The notes beneath the pieces are model-generated. The model ran no database searches and was not told the origin of the DNA. It worked only from the letters and a program-made list of their open reading frames with translations. DNA of 43,032 bases from Alphaproteobacteria bacterium (GTDB lineage Bacteria; Pseudomonadota; Alphaproteobacteria; Puniceispirillales; Puniceispirillaceae), in NCBI GenBank assembly GCA_030835985.1, contig JAURQT010000123.1:1-43032 (forward strand), written 5' to 3'. Numbering within the stretch: the stretch's first letter is position 1; every line of letters begins with the position of its first letter. The position numbers and the translations under genes were made by a program. Shown in pieces: positions 29,712 to 37,508 of the stretch.

Positions 29712-31048
29712 TATTCGCATTTCGCGCATTTATCAGACGGTTTTTGCAAGAGCTTTTGCCGCCCTCGCTGGCACATAATGCGCCAAATATGCGGTTTGCC
29801 ACAACCGAAAAAACCTGGCTGGCCAGCGAGAGCCGTTATTTATTTTTTACCGAAAATGGCCCTGTTGAGGTTGGCTTCCGCCCCCATCATACGCTGAAAA
29901 TCGTCGGCGGGCTGACAGCAGGATTGCTTATCGCCATCTATACCGCCCCGTTTATTTATGGCCAGACCACACAGATTATCCCAACCGTCATTCAGGCACT
30001 TTCCAGCCCTGGCCCAAACCAGCGGCCAGAGACCGGCATAGAGCCTGTACCCGCCAGCAATAATTTACACACAGATAAATTGGCCGCCTTGCAGGAACTG
30101 ACCCTCCAGGCCATCACCGAAGAGCCTGTGCCAGCTATTTCGCGTGTTATGGCCCCGGAACCGCCAGCTGATGCAGCGGATATATCGGCTTCTGAACCAG
30201 CCTTTGTCCGCCCACAGATGATAGCAGGTGAAGCGGTAACCAGTCTGCCAGAAGAACAGCCTGAAAATTACGTCACGGTAATGGCCACACAAATTGGCCG
30301 TGCACCCGTCATCCCTGCGATAGACGAGCCTATCGCCCCCTTGCCGCGCCCGAAGCCGGAGCCGATGGATCCCGAATTTGTCGGGCTGGATAGCCTGGCC
30401 GAAGCCCCTTTTCTGGATGAGCGCACCAAACTTCACCGCCTGTTTGCCGATTATCTATCGCAAGCCCGGCAAATTGAAACCATCGCTGATCGCTTTGATA
30501 TCCGCCTGGATAGCCGGCCGAAAAGCTGGCCTGAAACAGCCGAGCCGAGACAAGGGCTGGTCGCAAACCTTTTCCTGCACCGGGATAGATGGGTGAAAAT
30601 CCTAAATCAAATTCCGCTCAGATCGCCATTGCGCTATTATTATATCACCAGCCCCTACGGGATGCGTACCAACAAAAAAACAGGGGTAACGCGCTTTCAT
30701 CACGGGGTAGATCTGGCCAGCACCTGGAACGCAGAATTGCGCCCTTCTGCCAGCGGTATTGTCAGCTTTGCCGGCCGCAATGGCTCGTTTGGCAATGTCG
30801 TGCGCGTGCGCCATGCCCATAATATTGAAACCGTCTATGCCCATCTTTCCTCTATTAATGTGGCGACAGGCGATTTTGTGACCGAGGATATTGTGCTGGG
30901 CAAAGTGGGCAATACCGGCCGTTCGGACGGTATGCATCTGCATTATGAAATCCTCATTAATGATAAATCCATCAATCCGGCTTTGTTCTTTAAAATCGGA
31001 CATCAGTTGAGCAATACAGGCGGTATTCCGCGCGAAATACGCTTCTGA
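29708..31048 (+). CDS. Membrane-anchored M23 metallopeptidase (LmdC-like)
   Basis: Cytoplasmic N-terminus (ESRYLFFTENGPVEVGFRP), TM helix, Pro-rich linker, helical region, M23 domain with ITSPYG, HHGVD (HxxxD), YAHL, HLH (HxH). Confidence 0.92.
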   Translation: MIFAFRAFIRRFLQELLPPSLAHNAPNMRFATTEKTWLASESRYLFFTENGPVEVGFRPHHTLKIVGGLTAGLLIAIYTAPFIYGQTTQIIPTVIQALSSPGPNQRPETGIEPVPASNNLHTDKLAALQELTLQAITEEPVPAISRVMAPEPPADAADISASEPAFVRPQMIAGEAVTSLPEEQPENYVTVMATQIGRAPVIPAIDEPIAPLPRPKPEPMDPEFVGLDSLAEAPFLDERTKLHRLFADYLSQARQIETIADRFDIRLDSRPKSWPETAEPRQGLVANLFLHRDRWVKILNQIPLRSPLRYYYITSPYGMRTNKKTGVTRFHHGVDLASTWNAELRPSASGIVSFAGRNGSFGNVVRVRHAHNIETVYAHLSSINVATGDFVTEDIVLGKVGNTGRSDGMHLHYEILINDKSINPALFFKIGHQLSNTGGIPREIRF

Positions 31049-31131
31049 TAGCTTCCTTTTGGCCTCGCCTTTGTTTTTTTTGCCGGGTTTACCCTTTTTT
31101 ATCGGGTGATATTCAGCCCTGACCGGCTGTC

Positions 31132-31147
31132 TGGCATAGCTGTTGCA
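31132..31147 (+). promoter_or_regulatory. Sigma-54 (-24/-12) promoter
   Basis: TGGCATAGCTGTTGCA = TGGCA-N6-TTGCA with exact GG-N10-GC spacing, 51 nt upstream of a small ORF with a strong SD. Confidence 0.75.
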
Positions 31148-31197
31148 AGCAATAGGCGATGACAAATTGCTGACAGCAGGATAACAGGAGTGGTCAG

Positions 31198-31377
31198 ATG
31201 AAAAAGCCGTTTGATGAGTTACATAATCTGGCAATTGAATTTGTGGAATTTGATGACAAGGATCAGCCAAAATCTGCCAGCTATATACCGCTTGGGCATT
31301 ATTTGCATGAAACCGGCCATAGCGCAGAAGAACAGGAAATGACCGCCCAACTGGTCGCCCTTGCAGCAGAACGTTAA
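31198..31377 (+). CDS. Unannotated 59-aa acidic small protein
   Basis: MKKPFDELHNLAIEFVEFDDKDQPKSASYIPLGHYLHETGHSAEEQEMTAQLVALAAER*; SD CAGGAG 7 nt before the ATG; sigma-54 promoter upstream; shorter than any ORF in the track. Confidence 0.7.
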   Translation: MKKPFDELHNLAIEFVEFDDKDQPKSASYIPLGHYLHETGHSAEEQEMTAQLVALAAER

Positions 31378-31491
31378 AAACCAGCTTCCCTGTTTTTTTA
31401 AAAACACCAGCCCATTTTTATTGGCAACTATTCTGGCCAGAACCGCTATTTCTGGCACATTGCCAGCCCCTTTTTGAAACCCACGGGATAG

Positions 31492-31537
31492 AAAAAAACC
31501 CCCTTTTTACAAGATTTCCTGTCTTGCAAAAGGGGGT
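31492..31537 (-). terminator. Intrinsic terminator of rpoN
   Basis: Minus-strand hairpin ACCCCCTTTTGCAAGA..TCTTGTAAAAAGGGGGT followed by a T-run, about 40 nt after the rpoN stop. Confidence 0.75.
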
Positions 31538-31574
31538 CTCGGCCTTTGGGAGGAGATAAAAAACAGATGGCCGG

Positions 31575-33119
31575 TTAGCGCATACTGGTCAGGCGTGCCT
31601 GCATCCGTCTTTGGGAAGAAGAGGGGATATTCAGCATCTCGCGATATTTGGCAACGGTGCGCCGCGCCAGGTCAATCCCCTGCTTGGAAATCATTTTGGA
31701 AATAGCCTCATCACTCAGCGGCTTGCCAGGCATTTCCTGAGAGATAATTTTTTTCACCATATTGCGAACCGAGGCAGCAGAGGCATTCATATCCGAGCCC
31801 TTTGTCGCAATATTCACACTAAAGAAAGATTTCAACGGCATCCCGCCACGCGGCGTGGAAATCAGCAAGCCTGTGGTGACGCGGCTGACAGTGCTTTCAT
31901 GCATCCCCACGGCCTTGGCCACATCCCGCAGCGATAGGGGCTTTAGATAATCCAGCCCTTTTTCCAGAAAATCTGTCTGATGGCGGATAATTTCGGCACT
32001 GATTTTCAGCGTGGTCTGATTGCGCTGTTCAACCGCCCGTTTTAGCCAGCGCGCATTGGCCAGCGTATCAGAGGCATAATCGGCTGCAGCTTTATCTTTG
32101 CGCTGCTGTTCTGCCATTTTTTCTGCATATTCTTCATTGACCAGAACCGACGGCAGGGTAGAGCGGTTTAGCTCGACAGACCAGCCCTTTGCTGTTCGGC
32201 TGACAATCACATCCGGGCTGGGCATATCTCGATATTCAATACCCAAATGCTCGCCCGGCTTGGGGTTGAGCGTGCGAATAATCGCCAGCATATCCATAAT
32301 ATCGCTTTGTTCGCATTTCAGCTTGCGGGCAAGCTGTTTTACCTCGCCGCGCCCCAACTGTTCCAGATTATCCAGTAACAGGCCAAATTCAGGGGTAAAC
32401 AGCTCTTGATCCATCAGCTGAATACGCAAGCAATCTGCCAGATCGCGGGCAAAAATGCCGGCGGGCTCAAACCCTTGCAATACTTCCAGAACCGCTTCAG
32501 CACGGGCGATAGAACTGCCGGCCTGTGCCGCAATTTCCTCGACCCTGGCACCAATCCAGCCAGTTGGCTCGAGTGCCGCTACAAAATGACCCGCGATTAG
32601 CCGGTCAGCCGGATGGGCAAAGGCCAGATTAAGCTGGCGGAAAAGCTGGGGATAAAATCCTTCCTCAACCGAAACATTTTCAATCAGATTGAAATCCCCG
32701 TCGCCGCTGGCATTGCTGCGCTTGCCCGTGGTGCTATCTGCATGGGCGGTATCGAAACGGTTTTCATATTCCGAGCTATGTGTGGGATCATCCTTTAGCG
32801 CGGCACTTTCTTTTAGCGCAGATAAATCATTTTGCGGCTCGGATGCCTGCAAATCCTGTCCGGCTTCAGACGGGCTACTTGCGCCCTTCTCAGAAGGGGC
32901 AGCCGGATTATCTGACGGGGCATCATTGTGTGCCGCTTTTTCAGATTCCCGGTCATCAATCGTCTTTACTTCCAAAAACGGGTTTTCATACATCTGTTCT
33001 TGCAAGTGCTGGGATAATTCAATATTGGACATTTGCAACAGCTTAATCGCTTGCTGCAATTGCGGTGTCATAACCAGTGATTGCTTCTGGCGAAGTTTGA
33101 TAGACTGTGATAACTGCAT
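31575..33119 (-). CDS. rpoN: RNA polymerase sigma-54 factor
   Basis: Region I MTPQLQQAIKLLQMS, MHESTVSRVT HTH, RpoN box ARRTVAKYRE; ATG 33119 after AAGGAG. Confidence 0.98.
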   Translation of the reverse strand: MQLSQSIKLRQKQSLVMTPQLQQAIKLLQMSNIELSQHLQEQMYENPFLEVKTIDDRESEKAAHNDAPSDNPAAPSEKGASSPSEAGQDLQASEPQNDLSALKESAALKDDPTHSSEYENRFDTAHADSTTGKRSNASGDGDFNLIENVSVEEGFYPQLFRQLNLAFAHPADRLIAGHFVAALEPTGWIGARVEEIAAQAGSSIARAEAVLEVLQGFEPAGIFARDLADCLRIQLMDQELFTPEFGLLLDNLEQLGRGEVKQLARKLKCEQSDIMDMLAIIRTLNPKPGEHLGIEYRDMPSPDVIVSRTAKGWSVELNRSTLPSVLVNEEYAEKMAEQQRKDKAAADYASDTLANARWLKRAVEQRNQTTLKISAEIIRHQTDFLEKGLDYLKPLSLRDVAKAVGMHESTVSRVTTGLLISTPRGGMPLKSFFSVNIATKGSDMNASAASVRNMVKKIISQEMPGKPLSDEAISKMISKQGIDLARRTVAKYREMLNIPSSSQRRMQARLTSMR

Positions 33120-33154
33120 GATGTTTCTCCTTCTTGGAGAAGAGATTTCCGCAA

Positions 33155-33170
33155 CGGCACAAACTTTGCA
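33155..33170 (+). promoter_or_regulatory. Sigma-54 site in antisense orientation in the rpoN leader (autoregulation or divergent promoter)
   Basis: CGGCACAAACTTTGCA with exact GG-N10-GC spacing, 36 nt upstream of the rpoN ATG and pointing away from it. Confidence 0.7.
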
Positions 33171-33248
33171 AAAAAACAATTTGACGTAAGAATTTGTCAG
33201 GTTTTTAACACTAGTTTTTCAATATTTTCATATAGTTAAAATTTTTTG

Positions 33249-33263
33249 TTAATACTTTGTTAA
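33249..33263 (-). promoter_or_regulatory. CtrA box
   Basis: The minus strand reads TTAA-caaagta-TTAAC, a full TTAA-N7-TTAAC consensus, about 130 nt upstream of rpoN. Confidence 0.5.
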
Positions 33264-33393
33264 TATTTGTGTCAGAATTTGGACAGGTTTCTTCACGCTA
33301 TTTCGGCTGTTTTTTGACAGAGGCATCCTTTGCCATGGCAGGCCAGAAAAGCTGGAAACACTGTTTTAAAAAGAAACAGAAGAGCCTTTAAAT

Positions 33394-33657
33394 ATGCTGA
33401 TCATGCGCACCCATGTTAAAAGAGAGCCTTGCCGGCGCTGTCATATCTTGCGCCTGTTTTTAGGGATGGTTCTTGGGATTGCGATAATCGGCCTGATGAT
33501 GGGCGATGTATTTCATCAGATAGGCGGGATACAGCCGATATATTTTGGCTATGTCTTTGCCGGGCTGGCTATCCTCACCTTTGCGGTAAAATTTATCGCC
33601 TATCAACGCAGCAGAGCAAAACAGGCCATCTCTGATAAATCAGACAGCCAGCGATAA
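33394..33657 (+). CDS. Small two-TM membrane protein with N-terminal CRRC
   Basis: 87 aa; PCRRCH followed by two hydrophobic helices and a basic tail. Confidence 0.7.
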   Translation: MLIMRTHVKREPCRRCHILRLFLGMVLGIAIIGLMMGDVFHQIGGIQPIYFGYVFAGLAILTFAVKFIAYQRSRAKQAISDKSDSQR

Positions 33658-33659
33658 GG

Positions 33660-34214
33660 CTATGGCGAAACTCTGTCTCTTACCAGGCGAACCGCCAGCG
33701 GTTTTTCGGGAAATGAACGGGCATAGCTGTGGCCTGTCATAAAATTTACTGACCAGTAATTATTTGCGACCAGCCAGTTGCGCTGTCCTGTCCAATAGGG
33801 TTCTGCCCCTGTTTGCGGAAAAATTGTCTTTTCAATACGCGGCGGCGGACAATCTGCGCAAATCAGTAAAGCCAGCTCATCCTTGCTAGGCAGACGCCAG
33901 CGCCCCCCTAATTCTTTATTGGCCTGTTTGATGATTTCCGGAATTTCCTCATAGGTGAATTGCAGGATGTCACCCTCGCAACTACCCTGATTATATGTTT
34001 GTCCCACCGAACAGCGCAGCCATTCAACCCCGCTTCGCAAATCCAGAACAATATGTTCGCGCACCAGATAGTGACTGGTAGATGCCTGGCCAGACAAAGC
34101 TATTCCGGCAAGGCCAAAAAGACTGGCTGCCAGGCATAAAACCCGCATCATTACTTGCATCATTACTTGCATCTGGCGTCTTAAAAAACGGTTTAACCTT
34201 GTCAGATGAGACAT
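33660..34214 (-). CDS. DUF1566 (Lcl C-terminal-like) exported protein
   Basis: VLDLRSGVEWLRCSVGQ, WRLPSKDEL, FP..YWT, WSVNF..G, VRLVR. True start probably 34172 or 34148 (signal peptide). Confidence 0.88.
   Translation of the reverse strand: MSHLTRLNRFLRRQMQVMMQVMMRVLCLAASLFGLAGIALSGQASTSHYLVREHIVLDLRSGVEWLRCSVGQTYNQGSCEGDILQFTYEEIPEIIKQANKELGGRWRLPSKDELALLICADCPPPRIEKTIFPQTGAEPYWTGQRNWLVANNYWSVNFMTGHSYARSFPEKPLAVRLVRDRVSP
34145..34173. repeat. 12-bp tandem repeat GCATCATTACTT x2.4
   Basis: Read directly; encodes MQVMMQVMM at the DUF1566 N-terminus. Confidence 0.85.
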
Positions 34215-34307
34215 TAATCCACCCGGTTTGTTGCCTGACTGTTCTAAATATTAGCATAATCTGATATTATTCCCTAGAGAAAGAAAATCACCGCTTGGAA
34301 CGCGCTT

Positions 34308-34323
34308 TGGTATCAAAATTGCT
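34308..34323 (+). promoter_or_regulatory. Sigma-54 promoter of the stator operon
   Basis: TGGTATCAAAATTGCT, GG-N10-GC spacing, about 64 nt upstream of the motA ATG. Confidence 0.65.
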
Positions 34324-34386
34324 AACCAAACGTAGAGACTATTTCAGCTTTATGCTGTTTTACTAGAAAATTGAGGTATTAATCCT

Positions 34387-35148
34387 ATGGATATCGCATC
34401 GCTTCTTGGCCTTATTGGCGGAATTGGCATGATCATTGGCGCTATGATTTCGGGCGGTGGACTGGGTCCATTTATTGATGTGCCGTCCATTTTGATCGTT
34501 TTTGGCGGCACGGCCTTTCTGGTGCTTTATTCTGTACCGATGGGCGTTTTCATTGGCCATTTTGGCGTGATGGCCAAGGCTTTCCTGCCGCCCATTAAAA
34601 AAATGGACGAGATGGTAGAGCGCATGGTGGAGCTGTCCGGTATTGCCCGTAAAGACGGGATGATGGCACTGGAAGGCCAGGAAGTCCCCGATAAATTCTT
34701 TCAAAAAGGTTTGCAAATGCTGGTAGATGGCGCCGATGAAGCCAAGCTTGTTGCCCAGCTAAACAAGGAAATCGCCTCTATGAAAAAGCGCCATGAAGCC
34801 AATCAGGGGGCGGTAAAAGCCTGGATTGACCTGGCCCCGGCAATGGGCATGATCGGCACGCTTATTGGCCTGGTGCTGATGCTTGGTAATATGGCTGACC
34901 CAAAGGCGATTGGCCCGGCGATGGCGGTGGCCTTGTTGACCACCCTTTATGGGGCGTTTATCGCCAATGTGCTATTTATGCCAATGCTGACCAAGCTGGA
35001 AGGCTATACAGAATATGAAGTCGTCTATCGCGAAATGGTGGTAACAGGCTTGCGCAATATCGCCAGAGGGGAGTCTCCGCGCAATATTCAGGATCAACTC
35101 GTCTCGAACCTGCCGCCTAAAATGCAGGAAAAGATGGAGCTGGCATAA
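34387..35148 (+). CDS. motA: Flagellar stator A subunit, PomA-type
   Basis: MDIASLLGLIGG, ARKDGMMALE, APAMGMIGTLIGLV, IGPAMAVALLTTLYGA. Confidence 0.95.
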   Translation: MDIASLLGLIGGIGMIIGAMISGGGLGPFIDVPSILIVFGGTAFLVLYSVPMGVFIGHFGVMAKAFLPPIKKMDEMVERMVELSGIARKDGMMALEGQEVPDKFFQKGLQMLVDGADEAKLVAQLNKEIASMKKRHEANQGAVKAWIDLAPAMGMIGTLIGLVLMLGNMADPKAIGPAMAVALLTTLYGAFIANVLFMPMLTKLEGYTEYEVVYREMVVTGLRNIARGESPRNIQDQLVSNLPPKMQEKMELA

Positions 35149-35190
35149 AGTTTTTAGCCGCGATAATCCGTGCTGGCAAAGGAATAGAAG

Positions 35191-36324
35191 ATGGCAGAAG
35201 CAGAAGCCCCAGAGATCGAAGAAGAAGAAGAGGAATGTCCCAAATGCCCGCCTGTTGGTGCGCCGGCATGGATGGCAACCTTTGCCGATATGGCTACTTT
35301 GCTGATGGCCTTCTTTGTTCTTATTCTTTCTTTTGCCGAGTTTAATGTACCGAAATTTAAACAGATTTCCGGCTCGCTGCGAAATGCTTTCGGGGTGCAA
35401 AAAATTGTACCGATTGTTGAACAGCCAAAGGGCACAACCGTCCTGTCATTGAATTTCAGCCCGTCTCCGGCAAAATCCGTGACAGACGAGATGACCCAGC
35501 AAACCACCAATGTCAATCAGCCGGATCTGGAACAGCAAAATAAAAATAAAGATGGCGATGGCGATGCCCAAAATGATGCCGAAGATGTGGTCAAGGCACT
35601 GGAAGACGCCATTGCCAGAGGCGATATTGAGGTACAAACGCTGGGCGAGAATGTCGTGGTAAACTTCACCCCGACAGAAGCCGAGGAAAAAGACCTGCCA
35701 CAATTATTGCAAAAAACCCTCAATGCCATTGAAAAGGCCAAAAAGGCTGCCGGTGCATCTGATCAGGAAGTGTTGTTTGGCGGGCTGGAAGGCACGTTGC
35801 AGCAATTGGCAAAAGCGGCCAGTGATGCGGCCGAGCAATCGGCCAAAGATGCCCAAAGCCAGGCTGAGTCCGAGGCCCAGGCTGAACTGGCAGAAGATGA
35901 GCTGAAAGTTGCCTTGCGCCAGGAAATCGATAAAGGTCTGGTGGCCGTAGAGCGCGATGAAGACAAGGTTATCATCACCGTGGGCGCAGGCGGGGCATTT
36001 GCCTCTGGTTCAGCCAATCTGACCACCGAGGCACTGGAAATTATGGACAGAATTGCCAGCGTCAATGCAAATGGCAAGAGCGAGATTACCGTATCTGGTC
36101 ACACAGATGATGTGCCATTGATATTCGGCTCGCGCTATCGCGATAACTGGGATTTGGCCGCCGCACGTTCTGCAAGTGTTGTACAGGCATTATCGGCAGA
36201 CGGGCTTATTTCCAATAACCGGCTGGAAGCGATCAGCTATGGCGAGAGCCGCCCGGTTGAAACCAATGATACCGCTGCCGGCAGAGCCAAAAACCGCCGC
36301 ATCGAAATCGAGATTAACTATTAA
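35191..36324 (+). CDS. motB: Flagellar stator B subunit, PomB-type, with an extended periplasmic region
   Basis: ECPKCPP..WMATFAD (ion-binding Asp), plug KFKQISGSLRNAFGVQ, OmpA-like domain GHTDDVP..NWDL..NRRIEI. Confidence 0.95.
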   Translation: MAEAEAPEIEEEEEECPKCPPVGAPAWMATFADMATLLMAFFVLILSFAEFNVPKFKQISGSLRNAFGVQKIVPIVEQPKGTTVLSLNFSPSPAKSVTDEMTQQTTNVNQPDLEQQNKNKDGDGDAQNDAEDVVKALEDAIARGDIEVQTLGENVVVNFTPTEAEEKDLPQLLQKTLNAIEKAKKAAGASDQEVLFGGLEGTLQQLAKAASDAAEQSAKDAQSQAESEAQAELAEDELKVALRQEIDKGLVAVERDEDKVIITVGAGGAFASGSANLTTEALEIMDRIASVNANGKSEITVSGHTDDVPLIFGSRYRDNWDLAAARSASVVQALSADGLISNNRLEAISYGESRPVETNDTAAGRAKNRRIEIEINY

Positions 36325-36353
36325 TCCCTGTTAAGATAATCCTCCCTCATCTG

Positions 36354-36380
36354 GCCAGCTTGTCATAAGAAGCTGGCTTT
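36354..36380 (+). terminator. Possible terminator after motB
   Basis: 8-bp stem GCCAGCTT/AAGCTGGC with an 8-nt loop and only a short T tail. Confidence 0.45.
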
Positions 36381-36700
36381 GATGGCGGCACGCGGCAGGC
36401 CGTTAGACCCACGATATCTATCCGCTGTAACATATCTATCTCTGCCCCCCTTCTTTTCTCGTAAGGCAAAGCCCTTTTTTTGCAATGGCGTGTCTGGTCC
36501 GGTTTTGTCCGAACGCGGCTATCCTCTCTCTGGCGTGCGCTTTATAAAAGGGCAGGTCTTTTTTAATGGGCTCTTGAGGGACAGGATTTCAGCTATAAAA
36601 CGGCTCTTGATGCACCGTTAACAAATGCCTCACAGCTTCTTTTTTAAAAAAGAGAGCTGATGAAAAAAAAATGGAGAGGCGATTAGGCCAGGCTATCTGC

Positions 36701-37465
36701 CTATGCCGGGCTGTTTGCAGCGGCCTTGCTATCTGTTTTTTCAGGCGGGCCAACATGCGAAAATTCAAACTGGCATTTCGGGTCAAATACCCGCAACAGC
36801 TGCTGGGCTTCCTTGCTGGAAGAAGCCGCAAATATCATCCAGAAATAATATTCATGATATAAACAATGGCTGCGCATCATGTCTGTTTGCGCTTTATGGA
36901 AATAAACCGAAATCAGTAAATAGACCAATACAAACAAAGCAGGCTGAATAAACAGCGACATTGCATAGGTTATCACCACCACCCCCAGCGGCTCCCACAT
37001 ACGCCGATACAGTAACCAGAAAGCAGGCAACATGGTCGCCATCGGCTCATATCGGGTCGAATAGAGCCTGACCTCGCGGTGAATATTGCGCAAGGCTTCA
37101 TATTGATAATAGGAATCTTTCGGCTTTTTTTCCCTGCCCTGCATGGCAAGATTTACCGCCGTGACTTTCGCTTCATCTGCGTATTTATAAGAACAGCCCA
37201 GCGGCCCGTTAACAAACACATCAAACAGCTTGCCATCGCGAAAAATGGTCAACAAAGCCGGCAAATCCTGATAATCCCGCAGAAAATTATCAAACTTATC
37301 TACATCATAGGTAATCGGCTCACCATCAATGGCTGTGATAACATCCTCAGCCTTCAGCCGTAAATCCCGTCCAGAAGAATGCCGACCTATGGCCAGGATG
37401 CTGATAAGGCCAGCATTTTCAGCCATGTCTTGTGCGTTCGCGGCTTCTGGGGCGGCTTCTGCCAT
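36701..37465 (-). CDS. Membrane protein with an N-terminal PDZ-like segment and a DUF2628-like TM region
   Basis: SSGRDLRLKAEDVITAIDGEPI..LTIFRDG (PDZ-like); PAFWLLYRRMW plus two TM helices (DUF2628-like). Confidence 0.65.
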   Translation of the reverse strand: MAEAAPEAANAQDMAENAGLISILAIGRHSSGRDLRLKAEDVITAIDGEPITYDVDKFDNFLRDYQDLPALLTIFRDGKLFDVFVNGPLGCSYKYADEAKVTAVNLAMQGREKKPKDSYYQYEALRNIHREVRLYSTRYEPMATMLPAFWLLYRRMWEPLGVVVITYAMSLFIQPALFVLVYLLISVYFHKAQTDMMRSHCLYHEYYFWMIFAASSSKEAQQLLRVFDPKCQFEFSHVGPPEKTDSKAAANSPA

Positions 37466-37508
37466 CACTTTATCCTATAAAAATGCGCTATCGGACTAGA
37501 ACCATATT

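Noticed and set aside
30602-31458. Minus-strand ORFs 30602..31270 and 31219..31458
   Set aside because: Antisense to M23 and to the better-supported 59-aa ORF, and downstream of the rpoN terminator.
34296-34311. TGGAACGCGCTTTGG, a second sigma-54-like site before motA
   Set aside because: GG instead of the invariant -12 GC; the overlapping site at 34308 fits better.
36325-36700. 376-nt spacer between motB and the convergent gene (ORFs 36379..36621 and 36589..36831, hairpins, near-miss sigma-54 site)
   Set aside because: ORFs lack ATG/SD support or overlap the neighbouring gene, and I recognised no ncRNA structure; an Rfam/Infernal scan would be needed to exclude an sRNA.
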